A DNA stretch of 63,385 nt, counting the filler, from Chrysochromulina tobinii (taxonomy: Eukaryota): the NCBI GenBank assembly GCA_001275005.1. It is 5 parts of 5 records of this genome, joined end to end, with 100 filler letters (N's around TTAATTAATTAA, not from the genome) between each part and the next. Parts side by side here need not be neighbours in the genome. Positions count along the whole stretch, not along the records: positions 1 to 24,909 come from JWZX01001303.1; 4 more parts are not named here. One strand, 5' to 3'. The notes below the pieces were generated by a model. The model had not been told where the DNA came from and ran no database searches. It saw nothing but the letters and a program-made list of their open reading frames with translations. Of the stretch, positions 1 to 10,640 are shown in pieces. How positions within the stretch are numbered: the first letter of the stretch is position 1; each line of letters starts with the position of its first letter. The position numbers and the translations under genes are program-made.

Positions 1-490
1 TTCACGCCTGGCCCTGCGGAAATGGATCATCTCGTCTCATCGAGCTACGCCGTCGGGCGCAATCTCCTCGTGCGCTTCGTCAATGACGAGATCGATCAGT
101 CGAGCGCCCTCGCGAAACGGTTGCAGGTGCGCTTCCGTGGGCAAGGCGACGAATGCTGAGTGGCCTCCCTCATTGCACGCTGCCCTCCCTCACTCCCCCT
201 GATCCCGGCTGCATCTGTAGGCGCGCTTCACTGACAAGGCGACGGGGCTCGGCGGCCGTCTCGACTTCAAGCGCCTCGACGGGACGCACGTGACACCGAA
301 TGCGCCTTCAGTCGCTGCGTACTTGGACGGCTTCGATTGGGAGGTGGCCGCGCGCCTGGGAGTCGCGGACGTGGCGCGCACGCTGCGCGAAAGCGCGAGC
401 CGCGCTGAGAACGAGCAGCTCGAGGCGGCGCGGTGCGTGACCGACTTTGTACAACGCGAAGTCGCCAGGGCGGCGAAGGCGGGCGGCTGA
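1..490 (+). CDS. 3' part of a DUF1350-like alpha/beta-hydrolase-fold protein (2 exons: 1-126, 221-490; 5' end outside window)
   Basis: Removing GT-AG intron 127-220 gives one frame, FTPGPAEMDHLVSSSYAVGRNLLVRFVNDEIDQSSALAKRLQ|ARFTDK...GTHVTP...*. The FtP.P.E, rNLLv.F.dD.iDqs and G.H.TP motifs resemble DUF1350. Confidence 0.6.
127..220 (+). other. Spliceosomal intron whose 5' end is a degenerate copy of the next exon
   Basis: Intron starts GTGCGCTTCCGTGGGCAAGGCGACG; next exon starts GCGCGCTTCACTGACAAGGCGACG. Intron contains GCCTCCCTCATT. Splicing restores the frame. Confidence 0.7.
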
Positions 491-621
491 GACCGTGAGT
501 TTTGCGACGCGTCGCACAGGTCAGCTTGGCCCTTCTACTAGTTTTCCCCACATTGTGTGGCTCGACATCCTATCGACGTTTCGAGATTGCGATCTGAAAC
601 AGCACACGTAATTTTTGCCCA

Positions 622-1716
622 ATGTTTTTCAGGGCGCCGCCGCCACCACCACCGTCGCCGCCGCCCGATACGTTGGCCTCCGCCTTTTTGTCAGCCATCG
701 ACGCGTGGGCTGTGGTGCAGCCGATACTCCTGAGTACGCTCGACCAGTTAGTCTGTCTCCTTACGTCCTCCACCTTCTGGCTCTGCGTGTTGGGCTTCGC
801 GCCGGTTGCGTACTTTGTGCTGAACAGCGTGATTCCAATGCTGCTCCCCAGCCAAAATCTGAAGAAAAAGTACGGCGCCAAGTGGGCGCTTGTGACCGGT
901 TCGTCCAGTGGCATCGGCAAGGAGCTTGCGCGCACCTTGCTCAAGCAGGAGCTCGACGTGATCCTCGTTGCCCGCGACGAGCCCCTCTTCGGCGACACCG
1001 TCGCGGAGCTGTCGCAGCAGTTCCCGTCACGCAAGGTAGTTCGTGTGAATGCGAATCTTTCGGACGGGACTGGCGTGTGGATGGAGGGCGTCAAGGCCGC
1101 GGTCGGCGACAACGATGTCCAGTGCGTCTTCCTCAATGCTGGCTACATCCTTACTGGCATGTTTGAGCAGAATGCCGTTGGCGCGCACCTCGCAAATCTG
1201 CACTGCAACCTGACGTCGAACATCTGGCTGAGCCACTTTTTCTACGAGCGCATGCTCGCCAAACAGCTCCGCGGCTGCATCGTCTTTACCTCCTCCTCCG
1301 CATCGTATATCCCCAACCCATTCGCCGTCATGTACGGCGCCACCAAGTCGGGCGTCTCGGCCTTTGCCGCCAGCCTCGCTTGCGAAGCGAGGCCGCGTGG
1401 AATCCACGTGCACTCTATCCACCCCTCGCCTGTCAACAGCCGCTTCACCGCCGGCGGAGGCAACCAGGTCCAGCAGCGCAAGATCGAGGCCATGGCCGCC
1501 TTTTACAAGTTCGCCTCTGGGCCGGAGGTGCTTCCCCAAAAGTTCCTCAGCCACATTGGACGCGGAGCAATCGTCGCGGACTTGGGCGGTGTGAGCGTGG
1601 GGCTGCGGCTCGTGATCCAGCTCCTTGGGTACAACACGATGGCCCTTCTGACAGCTCTCACCGCACATCTGACGCCGGACTACCAGACACACGTCAGCAA
1701 AACCAAGAAGGCATAG
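622..1716 (+). CDS. Short-chain dehydrogenase/reductase (17beta-HSD/ketoacyl-CoA reductase-like), N-terminal membrane segment
   Basis: 364-aa ORF with KYGAKWALVTGSSSGIG (TGxxxGxG), NAG, catalytic S and YGATK (YxxxK), and a hydrophobic N-terminal helix. Confidence 0.9.
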   Translation: MFFRAPPPPPPSPPPDTLASAFLSAIDAWAVVQPILLSTLDQLVCLLTSSTFWLCVLGFAPVAYFVLNSVIPMLLPSQNLKKKYGAKWALVTGSSSGIGKELARTLLKQELDVILVARDEPLFGDTVAELSQQFPSRKVVRVNANLSDGTGVWMEGVKAAVGDNDVQCVFLNAGYILTGMFEQNAVGAHLANLHCNLTSNIWLSHFFYERMLAKQLRGCIVFTSSSASYIPNPFAVMYGATKSGVSAFAASLACEARPRGIHVHSIHPSPVNSRFTAGGGNQVQQRKIEAMAAFYKFASGPEVLPQKFLSHIGRGAIVADLGGVSVGLRLVIQLLGYNTMALLTALTAHLTPDYQTHVSKTKKA

Positions 1717-2284
1717 AGCACGCTCCCCCCAGGGGGCAGGGCCAAATTGCGCGCATGATTCGTCATGGCTCATGCGTGGCACTCCGCGGAGTATTGGAGC
1801 GGTCTTATTTTGTCGATCGATGTCTGCGCGTACGGCACACAGGGGAATCCGTAACATTGGGAGCCGGCGAGACCGAGTCGTCGTACGTCGAGTTCGAAGT
1901 ACCGTACGAAGAGCCCACACCCAACGACTAACGACGTAACGCCCAACGGCTCCACACCGTCATATAATCGTCCCGTCCCGCGAACCCCCACATCCGGCGC
2001 GCGTCCCGGGCCCGAAGACGAAAAATTTACGTAATAACTACAAGATCAGCCCTCACTTCAGTCTTCACGAAATCCAAAACGGTTGCGAGACGGCCGCCCA
2101 GAAAACTACCGTCGCGCGGTGAGGCGCGACTTCGAACCTGTTGCAGCCTCCTGGAATGTGGTGGTTTCCGAAGACCACATGCTGTAGTTTGTAGATGTAC
2201 GCTCAAGATCGGTCCTCCATGCACCATGGACACGGCTGGGCGCGCTCGGCTTCCCTGCCCAACTCTGCGATGCTATTAGCACTC

Positions 2285-3460
2285 TCAAGTAAAGGGGTTG
2301 CCGTCGAAGCGATCGTAACCGCCCACTCCGCTCTCTCTCATTCCACCCAGCTGCGAGCCGGTCTCGACGAACTTATTGTTCCATCGCCCCAAGTAGTCTG
2401 TCTTACGCAGTTCCCAATTGAAGACGCGATTAGGTGAGAGCTGGCTGAAGCCAGGGACATCGAACATTCCGTGGTAGTCTGACCAGTAATTCGAGGATCT
2501 CCCCCCTCGCAATTGATAGAGAATCTCGTCCCTCGCCCACGCCTCGTTTGCCTTGTAGAGCCTGAGCCCCTGCAGCGCATTCGGCCTTGAGTAGCTCGGT
2601 GTGCTGTCCCACTCTGGTTGCTGGTTGCTCAAGCTGGGCGCCGAAGACGAAGAACGCATAAAGCGGCTCCCGGTCCCATTACCAGGTGGATGCCTGTCCC
2701 CGCCACTCGAGGCCCCGCCACCAAAGGAGGCGCGCCTCGGATCCCACGCCTCAAATCGAGGCACGGCACTGCCAAAGGGATGCACGATGTTGGAGTAATT
2801 GCCCGCCGTGCGCAAATGGCTACCATACGGTTTCCTCTCCTCAGCCAAGTGTGGGTCCCTCGACGTCAACCCTGCACCGTAAGTACTCTCTGGCGGCGAA
2901 TTAAAGGAAGACTGCTTCTTGAAGCGCGATGAATACTCAGCGTCTGTTGGCCACACAATCCGCTCAGAAGACTCTCCTGATTCTGAGCGGCGCGATGAAT
3001 TGGCTGAATTCTTCCTGCCACTGCTGCGTGCGCTGGCACTCGTCGCACCTGCGGGCCGAAGCCGCCGCGCCGAGGTTGCACGTCTTGGAGTCTTTTTCTC
3101 TCCGGTCGCTTCCTGGCTGGCGACCTGCTTCCTCGGTGTCGCCTTGGTAGCGCTCTGAGCTTCAATTTTCGTGCTCCTGGAGCTCGTTGGAACTGACTTG
3201 TGGATCCTCGGTGGTGTTGTTGCGTTGCGGATCAAGGTGGCAAGCACGTCCGGCTCTTCGAACTTGGGTGATATGGAAGTCTGCGGCATCGTGGAAGGTT
3301 CTCCAGTCTCGAGTGGACCTGGCGTGGCCTGGTCGATCTTCTCTCGAGAGGCTCGGTCTTCTCTCGAGAGGCTCGATGATAGTGGCGCACTTGGTTGGGG
3401 CCACTGCTTCATCAGCGTCAGCGCCGGCGGCAAATTTCTTTGGTAGTCCTCTTTCCACAT
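2285..3460 (-). CDS. Hypothetical Ser/Arg-rich protein
   Basis: Single long ORF (about 390 aa from ATG 3460) with a disordered N-half and a more globular-looking C-terminus. No family recognised. Confidence 0.55.
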   Translation of the reverse strand: MWKEDYQRNLPPALTLMKQWPQPSAPLSSSLSREDRASREKIDQATPGPLETGEPSTMPQTSISPKFEEPDVLATLIRNATTPPRIHKSVPTSSRSTKIEAQSATKATPRKQVASQEATGEKKTPRRATSARRLRPAGATSASARSSGRKNSANSSRRSESGESSERIVWPTDAEYSSRFKKQSSFNSPPESTYGAGLTSRDPHLAEERKPYGSHLRTAGNYSNIVHPFGSAVPRFEAWDPRRASFGGGASSGGDRHPPGNGTGSRFMRSSSSAPSLSNQQPEWDSTPSYSRPNALQGLRLYKANEAWARDEILYQLRGGRSSNYWSDYHGMFDVPGFSQLSPNRVFNWELRKTDYLGRWNNKFVETGSQLGGMRESGVGGYDRFDGNPFT

Positions 3461-4606
3461 GGTCAGGTGCTGATTGTGGAGGTGTTGAACGCACGCTGAC
3501 GCACTAAGAAGCAGCACAGAACCAGGCTGCAGACGGGAGGCAGGAAGAGCCCTGCAACGAAGACCGTGAGGACCGCGAGAAAGCTCGCTCCGAGTGCGTT
3601 TTGGGGAGAATGTCGTTTCACTTATTTCACGCTATTTTTGGAGCCAAAGTTGGGTGCAACGACACGCATGAAGAAAAAACGACAACGCGGCGGCCTCGCA
3701 GCTCGCACCGAGTAATCCCTGTGGACCAACGCGGCCTGGGCCGATGCTAAAAATGTTTAAAATGGCTATCTGTTGATATCTGAGCAAGTTCCAAGGTCCA
3801 AGGAGAATAACGGGGCTCGGGGGTGCTATACGTTGCTTCTTGAGGGCACAATCGTGAAGCCGCACGATGTCCGACCTGTCGCCGGCGCTGTTCGCACTGC
3901 AGGGTGAACGGGCCGATGAACGGGTCAGAAAACGCCCAGCTTTGGGTCCATCTCTCGAGCCACCTCCTTGCTCTTCCGACGCCAGCTATCGCGGTAGCGG
4001 ATTTGCCCGCATTTAATATGATTATTTTCAGATAAGTCCCAGGATTATAACCACACATGAAATGATGGCAGATGGACACGTTTTGACACGTTTTGGCGAT
4101 TATAGCGGTACATTTTCGTCCCGTTTGATTTACGGTTAACGATTCGTGTCGTGTAATAACATCTGTGGTTTCGATTAGGATGACCAGCGTTGTCCGTTGA
4201 ACTTTCCCCCATCACCCCTATTTCGGAGCACAACTTACGTCAATTTACAGACCGTGAACCCCTAGTGCTAGTCGCTTCCGTTCCTCGCAACTCGAACTCC
4301 CCGAGGTGCCTCGAAGTCGAGTTTTTCGGCGGTGCATCCCTCGCGTGTCGGCCTGTGCCTCCTGATCCCCCCCGCTACGCGGCCCCCCGCCTAAGGCCAT
4401 GCACACCATCGATTTGCCGCCGCACCCCACTGCTCATCGACGACGCGCGCGCCTTAGACGAGGGGCACTAGAGGGGCACACCAATGCGCGGTCTCCGCAC
4501 ACGTACGGCTCGAGAAACGAGATCGAACGCATACCCACACGCGAGCCGACGAGCAGTGAGTCAAGCTGCCCGTGGACTTCTCAGCGTGCCTCAAGCGTGC
4601 CCGGTG

Positions 4607-6058
4607 TCACGCCAAAGCTGCCACCGCAGCCGCGAGAGCCTCCGAGGCGCCCGCGAGCTTTTGGCACTTCCCTTGGTAGCGGCCGCCCTTGCCGCCGCCG
4701 CGCCCATCGAGCGCCTGGGCCACCGCGCCACTGGCAACGTCAACCAGTGCCGGCGGCCCAGCGAGGGTGAAGGTGCCCTCGCCCTCGCCCTCGCCGACCA
4801 CCACGAGCAGCAGCGCCTGCTTCGCCGCCAGCGTCTCGTCCAGCGCCGTCGCGAGCGCCTTGACGAAATCGGCGTCGGCGGCCGCGCGGCGCACGAGCAC
4901 CGCCTTCTCGCCCGCGGTGAGCCTCTGGAGGAGACCCTCTGCGAGGAGGCCGACGACCTCGAGCGCGAGCGCCTTGGACGCCTTCTCGTGCTCGAGGGCC
5001 TTCCTCGCATTCTCCTCGTAGCGCTCGAGCATCGACTCGATTGGCACGTTCATTCGGCTAGCGAGGGCGCTTGCACGCTCGTAGACGCCTCCAAGGTACG
5101 AGACCACGCGTCCGCCGGCGACGTAGTGGACACGGCACGCGCCCTTGTTGCCGACACGCTCGACGCGGAGCAGCTTGATTGCTTGCAGCCGTGCAGTGTT
5201 CTGCACATGGGTGCCACAGCATGTGTTCGTGTCGATCCCTTCGAAGGACACGACACGGACGGGCCCCGTGACGCTCGGCGGTAGTGCCTTTGACGACTTG
5301 CGCAGGCCGGCGACGGCGCCCTCGTTGACCGCGACGACCGAGTGCCACGAGGGGGTGACCGGCGTGCCGGCCTTGACCGCCTCATTCGCCGCTGTCTCGA
5401 GCTCCATCATCTGCGCCGACGTGAACTCGGGGGTCCCGAGCTCAAGGAAGGAAGTCTGTTCGCCGAGGCCCCATGAAGTGGTCTCGTAGCCCCATTTCTT
5501 GAGGGCGATGGCCGTGACGAGGTGCTGCGTCGAGTGTTGGGCCATGTGGTCTTCGCGCCGCGCCCACTCGACGGCGACGGTCACGGGCGTACCGGGCGCG
5601 AGCGGCGCGGTGAGCACGTGCTTCGCAAGCCCGTCGACGTTGTCGACGCGCAGGCACGGCACGCCGCCGACGGTGCCGCAATCGCTCGGCTGGCCTCCAC
5701 CCTCCGGAAAGATGACCGTGTTGCCGAGCACCACGTCCCAAAGCTGCTCAGCCGGCACAGCCTCGGCACCGCCCTTCTTCTTGCCCTTGGCTGCAGCCTC
5801 TTGAGCCGCCTTGGGCTCGCAAGAGACGACCACGGTGTCCAGCGTACGAGCGTACGAGTCGTGTTGGCAAAGCAGCTCGCCGCAGCGCACGGGTGTGCTG
5901 GATGCGGGGATGACAGCAGACGCCACGATGGAGGCCACGCGGCTCGGCACCGACGCAAGCACGGGAGTCACAGGCGCGGGTATGGAGGCCACTGCAGAGG
6001 CTGCGCGGCTTCCTTCTAGCCACCATGGGCCTTCACGCCTCCAAACGAAGGCATCCAT
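4607..6058 (-). CDS. Alanyl-tRNA editing protein (AlaX/Aarsd1-like)
   Basis: Motifs TVIFPEGGGQPSDCG, HMAQHSTQH and CCGTHV (Zn ligands), plus C-terminal GRGGGKGGRYQGK (DHHA1-like). Confidence 0.9.
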   Translation of the reverse strand: MDAFVWRREGPWWLEGSRAASAVASIPAPVTPVLASVPSRVASIVASAVIPASSTPVRCGELLCQHDSYARTLDTVVVSCEPKAAQEAAAKGKKKGGAEAVPAEQLWDVVLGNTVIFPEGGGQPSDCGTVGGVPCLRVDNVDGLAKHVLTAPLAPGTPVTVAVEWARREDHMAQHSTQHLVTAIALKKWGYETTSWGLGEQTSFLELGTPEFTSAQMMELETAANEAVKAGTPVTPSWHSVVAVNEGAVAGLRKSSKALPPSVTGPVRVVSFEGIDTNTCCGTHVQNTARLQAIKLLRVERVGNKGACRVHYVAGGRVVSYLGGVYERASALASRMNVPIESMLERYEENARKALEHEKASKALALEVVGLLAEGLLQRLTAGEKAVLVRRAAADADFVKALATALDETLAAKQALLLVVVGEGEGEGTFTLAGPPALVDVASGAVAQALDGRGGGKGGRYQGKCQKLAGASEALAAAVAALA

Positions 6059-6306
6059 GTGTGCCGGCCGCGAGAAAGGCGCGAGAAGGAGGGCGCGTGT
6101 ACAGAGCCTAATGGCGCCGCTACGTGTCGGGGGGATACGCCCGACGACTCGACCATTTCTTGTTGCAGAAACCTCATGTGAAACGCCCATGGCGACGCGT
6201 CCTTAGAGATTCAGCTGTGTCCTAAACCTGGAAAGTTTTTGGAAAAATTGTTCACAGCTGCGTTCACGCAGGCACGCAGCAAAATTCTTCGGAGTCTTTG
6301 CCGCAC

Positions 6307-9300
6307 ATGGCAGCCTTTGCCGAGCTTGGCCTCGACGCGCCGATTGTGCGCGCAGTCGAAGACCTCGGCTGGCTCCTCCCCACGCCCGTGCAGCAGGAGG
6401 CGATCCCCTTAATCCTCGGCGGCGGCGACGTCATGGCTGCCGCCGAGACGGGCAGCGGCAAGACGGGGGCCTTTGCACTGCCCGTTCTCCAGATCTGCCA
6501 CGAGGCACTGCGCGAGCAGGCAGCCGCCTCATCGCAGCCAAAGATCGCTGCGCTCGCGGCGGCGGCCGCACGCGCGCAGGCCGCGGGTGGCATAGGTTTC
6601 GGCAGCGATCGCGACGGTCTGCTTCAGGTGAGCGCGCAAGGGCTCGAGTGCTCGTGTGGGGCCGCGCAGGCGTGGGCGGGCGGGCGGGCGGGCGTGGGCG
6701 TGACGGGCGGCCGTTACTACTACGAGGTGGAGCAGCTGGGCGATGGGCTCTGCCGCGTCGGCTGGGCCACCCTCTCGGCCAAGCTCGCGCTCGGCACCGA
6801 CATGATGGGCTTCGGTTTTGGGGGGACCGGAAAGAAGTCCAACGGTAACCAGTTCGTCGTCTACGGAGACTCGTACTCGCGCGGCGACGTGATCGGTTGC
6901 GAGCTCGATCGCGAGATCGGCTCGATGACCTTCTACAAGAATGGCGTGAGCCTCGGAGAAGCGTTCTCGGTGCCGCCGACGCTCAAGGGCATGGCGCTCT
7001 TCCCCGCAATTTGCCTCAAGGGCGCCGCAGTGCGCGTCAACTTTGGCGCTCAACCCTTTTATGCAAACTTCCTTCCCGGCGGCGTGCATGCACTCTACGC
7101 GATCGCTCCCGAACATTCGGCCACCAACTCGGCCGCCACCTCTAGCAGCAGGGACGCCACTGCCTGTGCCGGTAGCCGCGGCGGCGGCGGCGGTGGCGGC
7201 GGTGCTGATGGCGACGGGCGCGTACCGACTGCCTTGAGTAGGCAAGACTGCATGTTCTTTGCCCAAGGCCGTTGTAAATGGGGCGCACAGTGCCGATACG
7301 CGCACCCGCCACCGACCCAGCCGCCACCGACCCAGCCGCCATCGACCCAACCGCCATGGACCCAGCAGCCTCCCGGGAAGCCGTCACCCACCCCGAAACT
7401 GTCACCCGCCACCTCGCACTCGCTGCTCAAGCAGATCGAGTACTACTTCTCGGACAACCTGCCCAATGACGAGTTTATGCAGGTGGAGATTTCCAAGGAC
7501 GACGATGGCTGGGTCGACCTGACCGTCATCGCCGGCTTCAACCGCATCAAGCAGCTGCTGCCGTCGGGCAGCGTCGTGGCACTCGCCGAGGCTCTGAAGG
7601 CGTCCAAGCAACTGGCAGTGTCGGAGGATAGCACCAAGGTTAGGCGCCGGCCGTCCTATCGGCTCAGGTCGAACATGCGGGTGCTCGTCGGCGCGTGCGA
7701 CGGACGACGCAGTGTTCCCTTCAAACGTGACTTCCCGCCGGGCGAGGATGCCCTACGTGCAGCCTTCGCGAGTTTCGACGCGGACGGCAATGGGCGGCTC
7801 GACACGGTCGAGATCCAGCAGGCGCTCTCTCAGCTTGGCATGGCCGCCAGCTCGTCGGAGGCATTCGCAGTCCTCCAAAGGTACGATACCGACTGCTCGG
7901 GCGGCCTTGAGGTGGCCGAGTTTGCGAGGCTCGTCCATGAACAAGGCCCTGTTCCGATGTCGGTCAGCGTGGACAGCGGCGAGGTGGTCGCCATCCTCGA
8001 CAGCGTGGACAGCGGCGAGGTGGTCGCCATCCTCGACGAGACGCCCAAATTCGACCACATCCTCGTCGCCCGCCAGGACGGCGTGCAAGGCTACATCCGT
8101 GTGCGAAACCTGCACGTGCAAGCGTGGCCGTTAAGACAACGGCAACTGTCGCTTTCAGCCACGCTGACGAGCCACAGGTTTGTTTGGTCCTCGGGCGAGT
8201 TACAGCAGCGCGGCGCTTTCAGCATCGATGGACAATACCTTACCCACGGCTCGTCGCGACACAGGGTGACGGTGCTCGGCTCGCACGCCTTCAGCGTCGA
8301 AGGGTGGGGCGGCTACCTCCTTCTCCTTGATGCCGCGCGCACAGAAATCGTCCTCTGGGACGGCGCGGCCGTCATCAACATCGCACGCGCCAAGGGTGTG
8401 GCCGCGGCGACGGGGGCCGCGCCGGCGCTCGCGCATGGCTGGCAGGGCGTGTTTACATGGGCCAAGCATGATCAACCCGAAAACATGGGGATCCAGTGCA
8501 GCGTAAGTGGCGACGGCAAAACATTCGTGTACTGGGGCAGCGAACCTCCATCTCCGATCGTATTGATCACCCCACACGCGTGGCACCACGGCAACGGCAC
8601 TCGCGTGCACCTGCTGGATGATTCTAGCGACGGCCAATCGACGCAGCGCGCACTCACCATTTGGACACCCTCCGTCGTCGCCGCGTGCATTGCATTCCCC
8701 ACGACCTACGCCGGGCAGTACGGCGCACCGGCGGATGCGTGGCGACTTGCGCCGGGTAGGTGTGTGATTGCGGGCAACGCGACGCACGCTAGCGGCGGCA
8801 TGCTGCTGCGCCGCCGGCCGGACCTCTCGCTCGATGCCGCCAACCGCACGGACATGCAGATCTTCGATGGCGATGTATGCACTGTGCTCGAGGTTGCGGA
8901 TGGTCTCGCGGTACCACCGTCAGCAGCGTCGGCAGGAGCGGCAGGCGAGGGTCTCAGTACCTGCGCCTGGGTACGCGTCCGCAAGACCGGCGTTGGAGAA
9001 GGCTGGCTGAGCACCAACAACGTCCACATCCAAGGCCACGGCTACGCCCCCGCCGTGAAGGTGGCCGCAGCGGAAAAGGCAGGAGCTGAGGGCATGGAGT
9101 GCAGTTTCTGGTTCGTCAACGCGGACAGCCTGCGGAGCGCTTGGCAGTCAAGCCTGCCGATGATGCAGACACTACGCACACAAGAACCACACAGACTCGT
9201 CCAGAAAACGATCAGCTTCATCGAGGGCATCAAGGGCGCCTATAAGAACATTCTCGTCGTGAGCCATCGATGGGAGACGCCGACAGATCCAGATCCGACC

Positions 9301-10087
9301 GGCGCGCAGGCTTTGGCGGTGCAGGCCTACTTGTTAGATCATCCGGAGATCGACGCCGTGTGGTTCGACTTCAGCTCAATGCCCCAAGGGCAGAAGAAGA
9401 CTGAGCGCGAGTCCGCCGAGTTCAAAGAGATGCTCCCCAACATCAACCTGCTCTACCTGACGTGCTCCGTCCTTATTCTCATGGATCGGAGCTACATGAA
9501 CCGATTCTGGACGCAGTTCGAGGCGTACCTGAGCATGCGGGCGATCACGAGCGAGGGTCTGACTAACGCTTTGGATCCAAAGGCGCGTGTGACCATCAAG
9601 ACGGCTGATGACCCCAGATGACCCCTGTTGGCCCCTGTTGACCCCTGATGACCACTGATAACCACTGATGACCACTGAGTGCCTTCCTCATCAGGCGCGT
9701 GTGACCATCATGACGCTCTACAACCTTCCCCCGATCATGGGCACGGCGCTCATGGACGAGTGGTCGAACAAGACGCCTGACGAGGCTCACGCGATCCTCG
9801 CGGGGCAGGATGTGATGGTCACCAACCAGAGCGACAAGGACATCCAGCTCGCTAAGCTCAAGGTGCTCAACAAGCGCCTCCGGTTGCCATTGATAGCCTC
9901 TGATGGCTCATGATTGACTCCAAAATGACTCTGATTCCTTTTGTATGCTCGCTAAGCTCGAGGCGCTCAAAGCGCCTCTGATTGGCCCTGGTGGTTTCTG
10001 AGTCACCTGATGACCACTGAGTACCTCCCTCATCAGGTGCTCAACGAGCGAGCCCAGTGGGCGTACGCGCGCTCTCTCGATGCCTGA
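6307..10087 (+). CDS. Multidomain fusion: DDX1-like Q motif/Walker A + SPRY, CCCH zinc finger, La motif, EF-hand pair, SH3-like segments, C-terminal HET-like domain (exons 6307-9582, 9695-9862, 10037-10087)
   Basis: FAELGL..PTPVQQEAIPLILGGGDVMAAAETGSGKT; SPRY (YYYEV..CRVGWAT..GDVIGC..LFPAICLK); CMFFAQGRCKWGAQCRYAH; LLKQIEYYFSDNLPNDEFM..GWVDL..FNRIK; DADGNGRLD and DTDCSGGLE; VSHRWETPTDPDP..VWFDFSSMPQ..NINLLY..YMNRFWTQFE. Two phase-0 introns restore one frame to a TGA at 10085. Confidence 0.8.
9583..9694 (+). other. GC-AG exon-echo intron
   Basis: AAG|GCGCGTGTGACCATCA...10-nt repeats...CCTCATCAG|GCGCGTGTGACCATCA. The first 16 nt are identical to the next exon start. Phase 0, frame restored. 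Confidence 0.75.
9863..10036 (+). other. GT-AG exon-echo intron
   Basis: AAG|GTGCTCAACAAGCG...CCCTCATCAG|GTGCTCAACGAGCG, with a second internal degenerate copy of the junction (CTCGCTAAGCTCGAGGCGCTCAAAGCG). Confidence 0.75.
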
Positions 10088-10640
10088 GCCATCGATGCCG
10101 TTGTGAAGAGAAGAAAGGGTGGGGGGTGGGTGAGGCGCCGAACATGGCGCTGAAACGAGCCCCCCAACGGGAAACGGCCGCGCTGGGGGCGGGGGACTGG
10201 GGGGGAGGGAAGGGAACCTACGTGGGTGGGTGCATGGGTGCAAGCAGCATGGGTAGGGGGCATCAAGGTGGTGCCCACCATCCTTCTCGAGGGCGACGAC
10301 AACGGCTCCTAGCAGATCGACAAGTAGGTCGCGCGCAACCGCGATCACGCGGCGTTCGGGTTCATCTTCCGCGAAAACGCGCGCGACATTCTGAACAGCA
10401 AAACGTTCCACACCAGTGCTTAGTGTGCGGCCTTCGTGCAGGCGTTGTGTGCCCGCCTCCACACGAAACCGCGCCAATCCCGGTTCCCGCCCCGGTATAT
10501 CCAACCTGTTGAAAGTGGTTGAAAGATCCGTCGTATGGGACTGTCTTGAAGTCGAACGGTTTGTTGATGATTGCGGCTCACACGCATCTCACGAAAAAAA
10601 TTACCACGTGCCGCGAGCTGCGAACAGTCGGTCGACGGCA

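Noticed and set aside
3700..4260. AT-richer intergenic stretch that might be a transposon remnant
   Set aside because: I found no terminal repeats, TSD or recognisable protein motif.
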